Below, one piece after another: positions 47,049-55,008 of a stretch of DNA of 64,000 bases. The stretch is from a virus (taxonomy: Duplodnaviria; Caudoviricetes): the IMG/VR virus record IMGVR_UViG_3300020365_000001. One strand, given 5' to 3'. How positions within the stretch are numbered: position 1 is the first letter of the stretch; the number at the start of each line of letters is the position of its first letter. Made by a program: the position numbers and the translations under genes. Under the pieces are notes generated by a model. It had not been told where the DNA came from. It made no database searches and saw only the letters and a list, made by a program, of their open reading frames with translations.

Positions 47049-47928
47049 TGCAGAGTTGGGACCTAAGGTCGATTGTTGGTTCCCATCCTAGCATATTTTT
47101 TGCTTTTGTGTTGTCGGCTAGAGTCTCCTGTGCCTCACCCTTACGAGGAGCGATGTAAGTCACTTTGTCAGAGATCATAGCAGCAACCTCGTTCACGGAG
47201 TAGTTGGTACCCGTTCCGATGTTGACAGCAACTCCAGAGATGTTGGTGTTGAGAGCACACATGTTTGCTTCTACCACATCATCGACATGGGTAAAGTCTC
47301 TACGCTGCGTCCCGTCTCCAACGATCGTCAGGTATTCACCCTTCCGTGCCTGTTCTTGGAACAGACCGATTACAGGGGCGTACATGCCCTTCAGAGGTTG
47401 CCTAGGACCATAGACATTGAAGTACCTAAGCGTGATCGTCCGCAGTTTATGCAGGCGATAATACATATAACAGAATTTTTCAGCAGAAACTTTGCTTGCT
47501 GAATACGGATTCAAACAATCCGTTGGCATGGACTCCACAAGAGGAGGAGTATTGTTCAGACCATAGCAAGATGAAGTTGAGGAATTGACAAAACGCTGAA
47601 CTCCAACTTCACGGGAAAGTTCCAGCATATTGCAAGTGCCTATGACATTCGTTTGAACACAGTCAAACGGATTAGACATAGCAAGTTGAATTCTAGACTG
47701 TGCTGCTAGATGGAAGACTGCTTCGACACCTTTGAAAACTGGACGACAAGCATCGATGTCTCGAATATCCAAGACATGATTCTCTGCGTCGTCTTCATAC
47801 CAGTTGAAGGCATCGTTGGCTTCTGCCGATTCGTTGTCGATAACGACAACTTCATGACCATCATGCAGCAGGCGAGAAACGACGTGGGATCCGATGAACC
47901 CAGCACCGCCTGTTACAAGACACTTCAT
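47041..47928 (-). CDS. NAD-dependent epimerase (UDP-glucose 4-epimerase-like)
   Basis: TGGAGFIG, YSASK, LRYFNVYGP, GDGTQRRDF. Confidence 0.9.
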   Translation of the reverse strand: MKCLVTGGAGFIGSHVVSRLLHDGHEVVVIDNESAEANDAFNWYEDDAENHVLDIRDIDACRPVFKGVEAVFHLAAQSRIQLAMSNPFDCVQTNVIGTCNMLELSREVGVQRFVNSSTSSCYGLNNTPPLVESMPTDCLNPYSASKVSAEKFCYMYYRLHKLRTITLRYFNVYGPRQPLKGMYAPVIGLFQEQARKGEYLTIVGDGTQRRDFTHVDDVVEANMCALNTNISGVAVNIGTGTNYSVNEVAAMISDKVTYIAPRKGEAQETLADNTKAKNMLGWEPTIDLRSQLCNV

Positions 47929-48011
47929 TACTTACCTTTGCCAATCAACCACAGGGACGCTACGATAACCGCCAATACAAGCGTTCCGTAGACAATAATA
48001 ACTGCTGTCAT
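47928..48011 (-). CDS. 27-aa single-TM peptide
   Basis: MTAVIIVYGTLVLAVIVASLWLIGKGK; TAATG-coupled. Confidence 0.5.
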   Translation of the reverse strand: MTAVIIVYGTLVLAVIVASLWLIGKGK

Positions 48012-48020
48012 TTTTCAGAA

Positions 48021-48968
48021 TTAGGATTTGAATTCGCAGTTGACCATAATTTCGGTCATTGCTGCTAGGAGATTGATTTCCTGATCTGCTGCAAAAGCAG
48101 ATTGGTATTGATACTTGGCAATGATCAAGACCGCCTCAGGAATGGATTTAGGTTTCATATACTCATAGATTGAGTTATAGACACCCCTAAGAATAGTATT
48201 AGGATCGTTGTCCAAGTTCTGTACGATCCATTTCCTAACATTAGGAAACTCTTTCTTAGCAATAAATCCGACTAACTCACTGGTGTTGACGTTGGTCAAC
48301 TCAGAGAGCACAGATGTATGTATTATACCATCACTCTTATGTCTTTGCAGTTCGTTGAGAACCCTTCTCCAGTCAGGAAAATGCTTATTGATAAGTTCCG
48401 CTAGGATCTTAGGATCGCACTCAACACCCTCATTCGTGAGGATAGTCTGGAGTCTCTTGAAGAACAGTGATGCTATTTTTGGTTTATCTTTCCCTGTAAT
48501 TCCGAAATCGACCACCGCGCATCGGCTGTGGAGAGGTTCAATAATTTTGTTCTTGTAATTACAGGTGAAGATGAATCGGCAGTTGTTGTAGAACGCTTCG
48601 ATGTTAGCTCGGAGAAGGAGTTGAACATCATGTGTAGTGTTATCTGCCTCATCAATGATGATGACCTTGTGATTAGACTCTGACGTAAGAGAAACAGTTG
48701 AAGCAAAATTCTTTGCTTGGTTACGAACCGTGTCCAGAAACCGTCCTTCATCAGACCCGTTGATAACGTAGTAATCAACCCCAAGTTCCTGACACAGTGC
48801 CTTAGCAACAGTTGTCTTACCGATACCAGGTGGTCCGGCAAGAAGTAGATTAGGGATCTCACCACTATTTACAAATTCCTGAAAAGTTTTTTTGATGTTA
48901 TCAGGAAGAATGCATTCTTCAATCGTTGTGGGACGATATTTTTCGACCCACAAATAGTCAGTGCTCAT
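48021..48968 (-). CDS. gp44: Clamp loader large subunit (gp44)
   Basis: WVEKYRP, GPPGIGKT, DEAD, SRC. Confidence 0.97.
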   Translation of the reverse strand: MSTDYLWVEKYRPTTIEECILPDNIKKTFQEFVNSGEIPNLLLAGPPGIGKTTVAKALCQELGVDYYVINGSDEGRFLDTVRNQAKNFASTVSLTSESNHKVIIIDEADNTTHDVQLLLRANIEAFYNNCRFIFTCNYKNKIIEPLHSRCAVVDFGITGKDKPKIASLFFKRLQTILTNEGVECDPKILAELINKHFPDWRRVLNELQRHKSDGIIHTSVLSELTNVNTSELVGFIAKKEFPNVRKWIVQNLDNDPNTILRGVYNSIYEYMKPKSIPEAVLIIAKYQYQSAFAADQEINLLAAMTEIMVNCEFKS

Positions 48969-49309
48969 TCCTCAAACGTCTCCTGGTAACACGTTGATCG
49001 TTCCACCAAATGCTCGATGTCGATCAACCGATTGTCAATTATAGCAGACCGGAACGCCCTTTTGGCATCGCCCGGTTCGATCAGTGAATCGATCTTCTCA
49101 ATGAAATCGAAGTAACCATTCACATCATAGTCTTCTGAGTGACAAAAGAATCCATACTTCTCTTTGTTTTCTACAAAGATCTTACGTTGTTCTTGTAAGG
49201 CATCCCAATCACTCTTCGTACCAATGAAAGTATCAAAGATTTCATTGTACTTCCAGATGTAGTTCTTCAGTTGGTTTCTTTTATTGTTCCGGTACGGGTG
49301 GATGTGCAT
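48965..49309 (-). CDS. Hypothetical protein
   Basis: Coupled ORF within the operon. Confidence 0.65.
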   Translation of the reverse strand: MHIHPYRNNKRNQLKNYIWKYNEIFDTFIGTKSDWDALQEQRKIFVENKEKYGFFCHSEDYDVNGYFDFIEKIDSLIEPGDAKRAFRSAIIDNRLIDIEHLVERSTCYQETFEE

Positions 49310-49535
49310 TACTAGAAATTACGGGGGTTTTTCTTTTGATGACAATGAAGGCATCTTTGTTGTACTTACGGGTACCTTTGACAGGTGCCCACTTGGTTCC
49401 AGCGCCATCAATCTCATAGACTGATGTACCACCAACCTCTACAACAATATTGTCGGTGGATTCCCAACCAAGATTTTTGATTGTTTCATCGATCTGGTCC
49501 ATGATAGAACCATGATCCCAGGCAAAGTCGCTCAT
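49281..49535 (-). CDS. Conserved cyanophage hypothetical protein
   Basis: KWAPVKGTRKYNKDAFIVIK. Confidence 0.75.
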   Translation of the reverse strand: MSDFAWDHGSIMDQIDETIKNLGWESTDNIVVEVGGTSVYEIDGAGTKWAPVKGTRKYNKDAFIVIKRKTPVISSNAHPPVPEQ

Positions 49536-49639
49536 TTGAATTGTGTAAGAGATTTGTATACTGCTTCAATGTGCATGTTACCATGGATATACCCGGCAAC
49601 AATGACACTAAGCGTCGCTGCTATCACTCCCAGGAGCAT
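49532..49639 (-). CDS. Small membrane peptide; start uncertain
   Basis: TM then GNMHIEAVY; ATGA-coupled downstream. Confidence 0.5.
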   Translation of the reverse strand: MLLGVIAATLSVIVAGYIHGNMHIEAVYKSLTQFK

Positions 49640-49796
49640 GAGGACCGGGACTAATGGGTCCTTCAATGATGTATCGCTGGGTTCTTTCTCCTCTAGAGTT
49701 GAGGGTTTCTGATCGGTACCACCTTGCATTGAAAAATTCTGCTAGATAATCAAGGTACAATGTGGCAATGGTATCAGTAGTGACTTTCGGGATCAT
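49608..49796 (-). CDS. Hypothetical protein
   Basis: Fills an operon gap. Confidence 0.5.
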   Translation of the reverse strand: MIPKVTTDTIATLYLDYLAEFFNARWYRSETLNSRGERTQRYIIEGPISPGPHAPGSDSSDA

Positions 49797-50010
49797 CTAA
49801 GAAAAAGGTTTCTTTGAACTTGGGAAGGTCTGGACATACGTCCATCCACTGCTGAAGCGTTAGTTTTTGTACTTCATCAGGCAAGATGCAGAGACGGTAG
49901 AAAGGAGGTCTCCGCATCAGTTGCAAGTACAGTTTCTTGGGGAATGGTTTGTCCTTCTCACTAGAAGGATTCTGATTGATGTGATTGGTAGCTTTACTTG
50001 ATGTACCCAT
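49774..50010 (-). CDS. Hypothetical protein
   Basis: Fills an operon gap; start uncertain. Confidence 0.5.
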   Translation of the reverse strand: MGTSSKATNHINQNPSSEKDKPFPKKLYLQLMRRPPFYRLCILPDEVQKLTLQQWMDVCPDLPKFKETFFLDDPESHY

Positions 50011-50671
50011 TTTCTTCCAACCATTCACGTGTCATAGGAGTGGGATCGTAGTCCTCCCACATTTTACCACGAGCACAGGACTGTAGTGCCTGCATAGTCA
50101 TACTTTCAGTGTGACCTGCCCAACCTGCTTCCGCTTCCCAGGGAACAGCAGACTCTGGATAAGTGCGTTCTGCCATCACACGCCAGATCATAGGTACCTC
50201 ATCTTCAGGTTTGATAATAGCAATCAAACTATTTTTGATCGAACCTGCCATACAGTCCTGTGCAGCATGCCATCCTTCGTGACGCATCACTTGCATAAGG
50301 ACATGTGGTTGACCCATGTACTTACGATTCAGGAAGAAGTTATTGCTCACAGTGTGGTAGACACCACGGTGTTGATGAGGGAAATACTTCTCGTCTGCAA
50401 GGAAAACCTTGACACCAACTTGATTCAGTGCCATCAGCATAGTGTTGAACTCTGCTGAGAGGAAGGTAAACTCCTCCGTATTAGGATACTCGCTGCTGAT
50501 GTCCAGCAGAGAGAACACTTCATCAGTACCTTCAGTGCACTCCCGGAGCAGCATACATCCCATGGCATCCATGGTGTTGTATCCCTTGGTGATCTTATCG
50601 TGGTTTGGGTCTGAAAGGGCAGGTAGGGCAACCACTGCCGCAGCAACCGCTGCTGTAAGAAATTTTTTCAT
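49994..50671 (-). CDS. Secreted-type zincin-like metalloprotease
   Basis: Signal-like N-terminus; RHEGWH (HExxH) and downstream WEAEA. Confidence 0.7.
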   Translation of the reverse strand: MKKFLTAAVAAAVVALPALSDPNHDKITKGYNTMDAMGCMLLRECTEGTDEVFSLLDISSEYPNTEEFTFLSAEFNTMLMALNQVGVKVFLADEKYFPHQHRGVYHTVSNNFFLNRKYMGQPHVLMQVMRHEGWHAAQDCMAGSIKNSLIAIIKPEDEVPMIWRVMAERTYPESAVPWEAEAGWAGHTESMTMQALQSCARGKMWEDYDPTPMTREWLEENGYIK

Positions 50672-51360
50672 TCAGAATACTTAGAGTCAGGTTCCAGAGC
50701 AATGAAGTATGTAAGTTTGAAGTCATCGTTGACAAACTTAGCAAGTTTCTGTGCAGAGATCAGCACCCGGTAGTCCTTAGGGATCAGTCGGATGTTCTCA
50801 ATTTTGAAATTGAAGGAGAAGTTGCTTTCAGTTTCGCCAACCTTGATCGCATACTCGTTAGAGGTGTCGTTCTTACGATCACTAACCACGAGTTTGACAA
50901 TGCCATCAGCACCAACCACTGACAGGTCAGGCAGTTGCATGATAGCAGAAGACTTCATGATTCGGGTAAGATCACTCTCACTCAAATCAAAGGACACTTC
51001 CTGTGAGGGAAGTTTCATCTCCTTCTCGGGAGGTGCAATGATCACACTAGGATCAGAGAAGAAGAACTTTGCCCGATTCTGTGCTCCGTCTTTGATAAGG
51101 GCATGACTATTATGAGTAGACACATCAATATCAGGAGACTTGTACAGAGACAGTGTGTTCAGAAACTGAGGCAAGTCGTAGATAGCAAAGTCACGAGGAA
51201 TATGTTCATCGATTTCCGCCTCCGCGAGTACGTTTTTCATCACGGAAATCGTACGCAGTGTGTTCCCCTGCTTGAAGAACAGCGACTGGTTGATAGTCGT
51301 AAAGTTCTTCAGGATTTCAAGGGTCTTTTCAGACAGTCTCATAGTGTTACGGAGTTTCAT
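50668..51360 (-). CDS. gp45: Sliding clamp (gp45)
   Basis: LKNFTTINQS, FAIYDL, YFIALE. Confidence 0.95.
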   Translation of the reverse strand: MKLRNTMRLSEKTLEILKNFTTINQSLFFKQGNTLRTISVMKNVLAEAEIDEHIPRDFAIYDLPQFLNTLSLYKSPDIDVSTHNSHALIKDGAQNRAKFFFSDPSVIIAPPEKEMKLPSQEVSFDLSESDLTRIMKSSAIMQLPDLSVVGADGIVKLVVSDRKNDTSNEYAIKVGETESNFSFNFKIENIRLIPKDYRVLISAQKLAKFVNDDFKLTYFIALEPDSKYSE

Positions 51361-51380
51361 CGGGTTGGCGGGGATACCAT

Positions 51381-51409
51381 ATTATATCACCACGGTTTCT
51401 AGCAGTCAA
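51381..51409 (-). promoter_or_regulatory. Sigma70-type promoter for the gp45 operon
   Basis: TTGACT-17 nt-TATAAT with TG extension. Confidence 0.8.
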
Positions 51410-51414
51410 CCATG

Positions 51415-51439
51415 AAAAAAGGGGGTCCGTGCCCCCTTT
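51415..51439 (-). terminator. Intrinsic terminator ending the hli cluster
   Basis: AAAGGGGG-CACGGA-CCCCCTTT followed by a T-run. Confidence 0.85.
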
Positions 51440-51440
51440 C

Positions 51441-51578
51441 TCATATTGGATTGTATGCCGGAGTCATCAGTCCACTGTCTGGACCGTCTCCATCGTCGTC
51501 ATCAGTCTCTACAAAGAGAAGCATGAAGAAAAGAGGTGTCAAGAAAAAGACTACCGTCTGTCCCCATTCAATACTCAT
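51441..51578 (-). CDS. Small membrane protein with acidic tail (45 aa)
   Basis: Hand-translated MSIEWGQTVVFFLTPLFFMLLFVETDDDDGDGPDSGLMTPAYNPI. Confidence 0.7.
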   Translation of the reverse strand: MSIEWGQTVVFFLTPLFFMLLFVETDDDDGDGPDSGLMTPAYNPI

Positions 51579-51640
51579 GACTTACTTGCTGCTACACCGA
51601 TAGGAATCAGTAGCAACAACGCTGCTGCTACAAATCCCAT
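51575..51640 (-). CDS. 21-aa hydrophobic peptide
   Basis: MGFVAAALLLLIPIGVAASKS; coupled at both ends (TGATG, ATGA). Confidence 0.55.
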   Translation of the reverse strand: MGFVAAALLLLIPIGVAASKS

Positions 51641-51747
51641 CACCAGATACCGGGGATGAGTTGTCCAGACACTGCGTAAGATCCCATTGCTGCAACGACT
51701 CCAATCATCGCTGCCCACCCATTGATGCGTTCTGCCTTTTCGTTCAT
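51640..51747 (-). CDS. hli: High-light inducible protein (35 aa)
   Basis: Hand-translated MNEKAERINGWAAMIG...GQLIPGIW. Confidence 0.92.
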   Translation of the reverse strand: MNEKAERINGWAAMIGVVAAMGSYAVSGQLIPGIW

Positions 51748-52013
51748 TGTTCTAGGATTGAAAGTTGTAAGTATGCTTTAGAGGTGTCGCTAGGTGTATT
51801 CTCGTAAGTAGAAGAATCACCGTAGGTTTTATGGTCCTTGTAACCAACCATACGACCTTTTGTATTTTGTAGTGCTGCCATAAAGGCAACGAAGAAGAAC
51901 ACTCCAGGTGCTCCAATGATAAGTGCCGCACCAAATACATAACCCGCAAGGAATTCTGCGATGGTGTGGTTGGCAGCCCAAGAAAACTCAGTCTGCGTCA
52001 AAAGTTCAATCAT
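51744..52013 (-). CDS. Cyanobacterial-type small membrane protein
   Basis: ANHTIAEFLAGY...GYKDHKTYGDSS. Confidence 0.75.
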   Translation of the reverse strand: MIELLTQTEFSWAANHTIAEFLAGYVFGAALIIGAPGVFFFVAFMAALQNTKGRMVGYKDHKTYGDSSTYENTPSDTSKAYLQLSILEQ

Positions 52014-52015
52014 GA

Positions 52016-52234
52016 TCAGAATCCGAAGATACCAAAGAAAAATAGACTACCACTAGTAGCATAAGAAATAACAGCAGCAACAAATCCAAGCATAGCAGTG
52101 CGTCCATTCAGTTTCTCCGCACGTTCTGCATAGGTCTCGTAACCATAACGCTCAGCGTCGGTTTTAGACACATACATACGGGGTTCACGGGCATACAGAT
52201 TTGTTCTGCCGCCGTCTTCTGTGATCACTGTCAT
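52016..52234 (-). CDS. hli: High-light inducible protein (72 aa)
   Basis: TEDGGRTNLYAREP...AEKLNGRTAMLGF. Confidence 0.92.
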   Translation of the reverse strand: MTVITEDGGRTNLYAREPRMYVSKTDAERYGYETYAERAEKLNGRTAMLGFVAAVISYATSGSLFFFGIFGF

Positions 52235-52240
52235 GCTGAT

Positions 52241-52287
52241 GTTACGAACTGTTACATTATTATATAGGAATGTAAAGATTTTGTCAA
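52241..52287 (-). promoter_or_regulatory. Sigma70 promoter plus HLR1-like direct repeat upstream of hli
   Basis: TTGACA-17 nt-TATAAT; GTTACGAA-CT-GTTACATT at 52241-52258. Confidence 0.75.
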
Positions 52288-52478
52288 TAGTCGTCGTCGA
52301 TGAATCTGGCACACTTGTCAGGATTCTGCTTGCACCAATTCCGGACGTACGAATCGGCATCGACTTCCATGCTGTAGTGGGCGTGATTGTGTAGGATACC
52401 TACTATAAGTAGACACCCCACGGTAAGAACATTGATCTGAACCAAAGGGTTCAAGAATGCTTTGAGGTAACGATGCAT
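52284..52478 (-). CDS. Small membrane protein
   Basis: TM then HNHAHY...DADSYVRNWC. Confidence 0.7.
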   Translation of the reverse strand: MHRYLKAFLNPLVQINVLTVGCLLIVGILHNHAHYSMEVDADSYVRNWCKQNPDKCARFIDDDY

Positions 52479-52480
52479 AC

Positions 52481-53368
52481 CTATGCTCGAACTCCACTAG
52501 TATACCACGTGCTTGGTCTGGGTCCACAGACTGTCTCGTACTCCTGATAGACCCACTGCATACGCTCAAATGCATACTCTCTATCACTGTCTGTCAGGAT
52601 CTGTAGGTCAGACTTCTGATGCCCTTCAGTCACATGTCCAGAAGTATATCCATTGTCGTACAGGATGCCCACAGGATACCCCACAAACTCCTCTAGACGT
52701 TCTAGTTGATTGCTATGCCCATACCATAGGTCTTCCATGATTACAGGCATCACATGGGTAAATGCCTTTGCCCATGTGTGATAGATCCTGGCATAACTGG
52801 GTGTAACTTTTTGATTGTTACCTTCTAGTTGAGACTTCCAGTAGCGAATGCTGGTAGGAAATTTCTTACGAATCATTCTCCAGTGAGCATAGAACTTGAA
52901 GTTCTCATGCTTATTTCTAGTGGAAAACTTTTCCCATGTAGTGCCCTTAGATTTTCCCAACGCATACTTGCTGTACTCATCCGATGCATGAGAATATGAT
53001 CTATCGACTGGATCTCTCCAGATCATAGTGACACGAACATCAAACTCTTCTTGTAAGATGGGTGCAATTTTTAGAAGGTAATCTAGACTTATACTACTGT
53101 TACTATTTGAAAAATCTAGATACCCACCAGAAGATTTCACGTTAGAGATATAATCTCCAAGTGTTACATCCTTTTCAAAGTTTTGATTCATTGAATCAAA
53201 ATACTCATTTGCTTTTATCGGATCTGCATCCAGTAAAAACAAATAGTAAAGGATGTTAGGTTCAGTATAAAATCTTCTTTTTTTGTAGTGACTCTTATTG
53301 AGACTATAGGCGAACGGTTTCGTGCCGGAGTACGGTTGTCCGACATTTATATGAAGTGATGGTTTCAA
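52481..53368 (-). CDS. Sulfotransferase-like protein (AT-rich insert)
   Basis: GQPYSGT (5'-PSB-like) and WRDPVDRSYS (3'-PB-like). Confidence 0.6.
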   Translation of the reverse strand: MKPSLHINVGQPYSGTKPFAYSLNKSHYKKRRFYTEPNILYYLFLLDADPIKANEYFDSMNQNFEKDVTLGDYISNVKSSGGYLDFSNSNSSISLDYLLKIAPILQEEFDVRVTMIWRDPVDRSYSHASDEYSKYALGKSKGTTWEKFSTRNKHENFKFYAHWRMIRKKFPTSIRYWKSQLEGNNQKVTPSYARIYHTWAKAFTHVMPVIMEDLWYGHSNQLERLEEFVGYPVGILYDNGYTSGHVTEGHQKSDLQILTDSDREYAFERMQWVYQEYETVCGPRPSTWYTSGVRA

Positions 53369-54024
53369 CAGTCCTTAGAATAACCCTCAGCAACTTTACC
53401 GCCAATCTCAGAACCTTTGTCTTGGGTGAAGATAGCAACTAAACCACCAAGCACAGGTCCGATGTAGGGAATACCGATAACACTGGAAGCAACGCCTGCA
53501 CCGACGCTAGCTCCCACAACCCTTCCCGTCTGTTTGCCACCACCTACCGCCTCGATACACGCGACGCTTTTCTGGTTTGCACTGCCGGTACTCCCGTCTA
53601 ACTTTGGGAGCGGACCTCCTTGCATATTCAAAGTCCCCTCCATAGTGTATTGCTCATTCGTAAAGGACTGTCTCGCTTCTCGGGACATCTCCCGACCACC
53701 ACCAAACAAACCTCCAGGTTTATCGATATCTTGATGAAGGTCTAAAGATTGTGTTCTTTCAAGAACTTTTGGATCGTTAGAGTTGTATCTAACTTTATAT
53801 CCATCGCTACTTACCGTAGCCTCGTATGAAGAGTATTCGCTTACTGGTAGATTTAGATTGGGAAGTTGTGCTTTCTTATTAGCCAACAATCCAATCAAAG
53901 AAATGTGACTAACCCCAAGTACAGTACCCAGTGCCAGAGCAATCCACTTCATGGGATTAGACTGCTTAGGATTCTTTTCAGTAATGGTTACAGTCGCAGT
54001 ATTGTCATCTTTGGCGTCAAACAT
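53365..54024 (-). CDS. Membrane protein with glycine-zipper C-terminus
   Basis: N-terminal TM; GRVVGASVGAG; CTAAATA at 54045-54051. Confidence 0.75.
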   Translation of the reverse strand: MFDAKDDNTATVTITEKNPKQSNPMKWIALALGTVLGVSHISLIGLLANKKAQLPNLNLPVSEYSSYEATVSSDGYKVRYNSNDPKVLERTQSLDLHQDIDKPGGLFGGGREMSREARQSFTNEQYTMEGTLNMQGGPLPKLDGSTGSANQKSVACIEAVGGGKQTGRVVGASVGAGVASSVIGIPYIGPVLGGLVAIFTQDKGSEIGGKVAEGYSKDC

Positions 54025-54060
54025 AACAGGCTAGCTTTGCAGCTTATTTAGCAAGGACAC

Positions 54061-54084
54061 AAAAAAAGGGACCTTTCGGTCCCT
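54061..54084 (-). terminator. Intrinsic terminator after the beta-barrel genes
   Basis: AGGGACC-GAAA-GGTCCCT followed by a T-run. Confidence 0.9.
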
Positions 54085-54099
54085 CCTCTTGAGCATTTA

Positions 54100-54468
54100 T
54101 CAGAACGAGTACTTCGTTCCGAACTCAACCTTCCAAGAACGAGTATCGTTCTCTTTGAAGGTGTTGATCCACTTACCGTAACCAGAGAGACTGTCAGTGA
54201 TCTTCACGCCGGTACCGACTTGAATCACGCTGAAATCCTCTTCTGCTCCAGTGTTGTCGCTATAAGCACGACCAACGCCACCTTCCACATAGGGAGTGAA
54301 GCGACCAAGCTTCTCGCCGTAACCGACGCGAACTTGGTGGGTACCTTTGGAGTAGTCGTCGTCAACACCGACGAACTCGTGCTTGGTCTTTACATAAGGA
54401 CCAGCGAATGCGGGAGCAGCAGAGAGGGCAGCTGCACCGGCAGCAAGGGCGATTGCAAATGCTTTCAT
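54100..54468 (-). CDS. Small outer-membrane beta-barrel-like protein
   Basis: Signal peptide, AGPYV, alternating strands, C-terminal KYSF. Confidence 0.8.
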   Translation of the reverse strand: MKAFAIALAAGAAALSAAPAFAGPYVKTKHEFVGVDDDYSKGTHQVRVGYGEKLGRFTPYVEGGVGRAYSDNTGAEEDFSVIQVGTGVKITDSLSGYGKWINTFKENDTRSWKVEFGTKYSF

Positions 54469-54505
54469 TTTACTTATGGAAATTATTGATGTACTATCGG
54501 TTCGA

Positions 54506-54877
54506 TCAGAAGTTATACTTCAGACCCAGTTTGGCACCGTAACCACGGTCAACGTCAGCATCACCGGAACCGATGAAGGACAGTTCACCATATGCACCAA
54601 GTGCATCGGTCACAGCAACGCCCAGACCTGCCTTACCAGAAGGAACGGTGTCGCTTTCGGCACCATCAGGAGAAACGAGACTAGCACCGCCCTGCACATA
54701 GTACGAAGCAGCGTCGCCGAGAGAACCCTCGTAGCCCACGTGGAGATCTGTGGTCGTTCCAGTATAATTTGCGCCCGTGAATGAGGAGTTTGCCTCCACG
54801 TTCACATAGGGACCTGCAAGGGCAGCGCCTGCGGAAGTGAAAAGAACAGCAGTTGCTGCGAATACAGATTTGATCAT
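54506..54877 (-). CDS. Small outer-membrane beta-barrel-like protein
   Basis: Signal peptide, AGPYV, HVGYEG, C-terminal KYNF. Confidence 0.85.
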   Translation of the reverse strand: MIKSVFAATAVLFTSAGAALAGPYVNVEANSSFTGANYTGTTTDLHVGYEGSLGDAASYYVQGGASLVSPDGAESDTVPSGKAGLGVAVTDALGAYGELSFIGSGDADVDRGYGAKLGLKYNF

Positions 54878-54897
54878 TGAAAATACCTTTAGTTACT

Positions 54898-55008
54898 TGC
54901 GGAATGGTTACCCGCAGATGGATAGGGACTCGACGTGTCCCGTTGTAAAGTTTCGTGACATAGGCACGAATACTTATTTAGTGTATATGATTTTTTCAGA
55001 ATTGTCAA
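54898..55008 (-). promoter_or_regulatory. Promoter(s) and two-hairpin 5' leader of the beta-barrel genes
   Basis: TTGACA-17 nt-TACACT overlapping CTAAATA; stems GGGAC/GTCCC and TGCGG/CCGCA. Confidence 0.6.

Noticed and set aside
52235-52360. Extended N-terminus of the hli ORF
   Set aside because: It contains the promoter and HLR1-like site; the real start is 52234.
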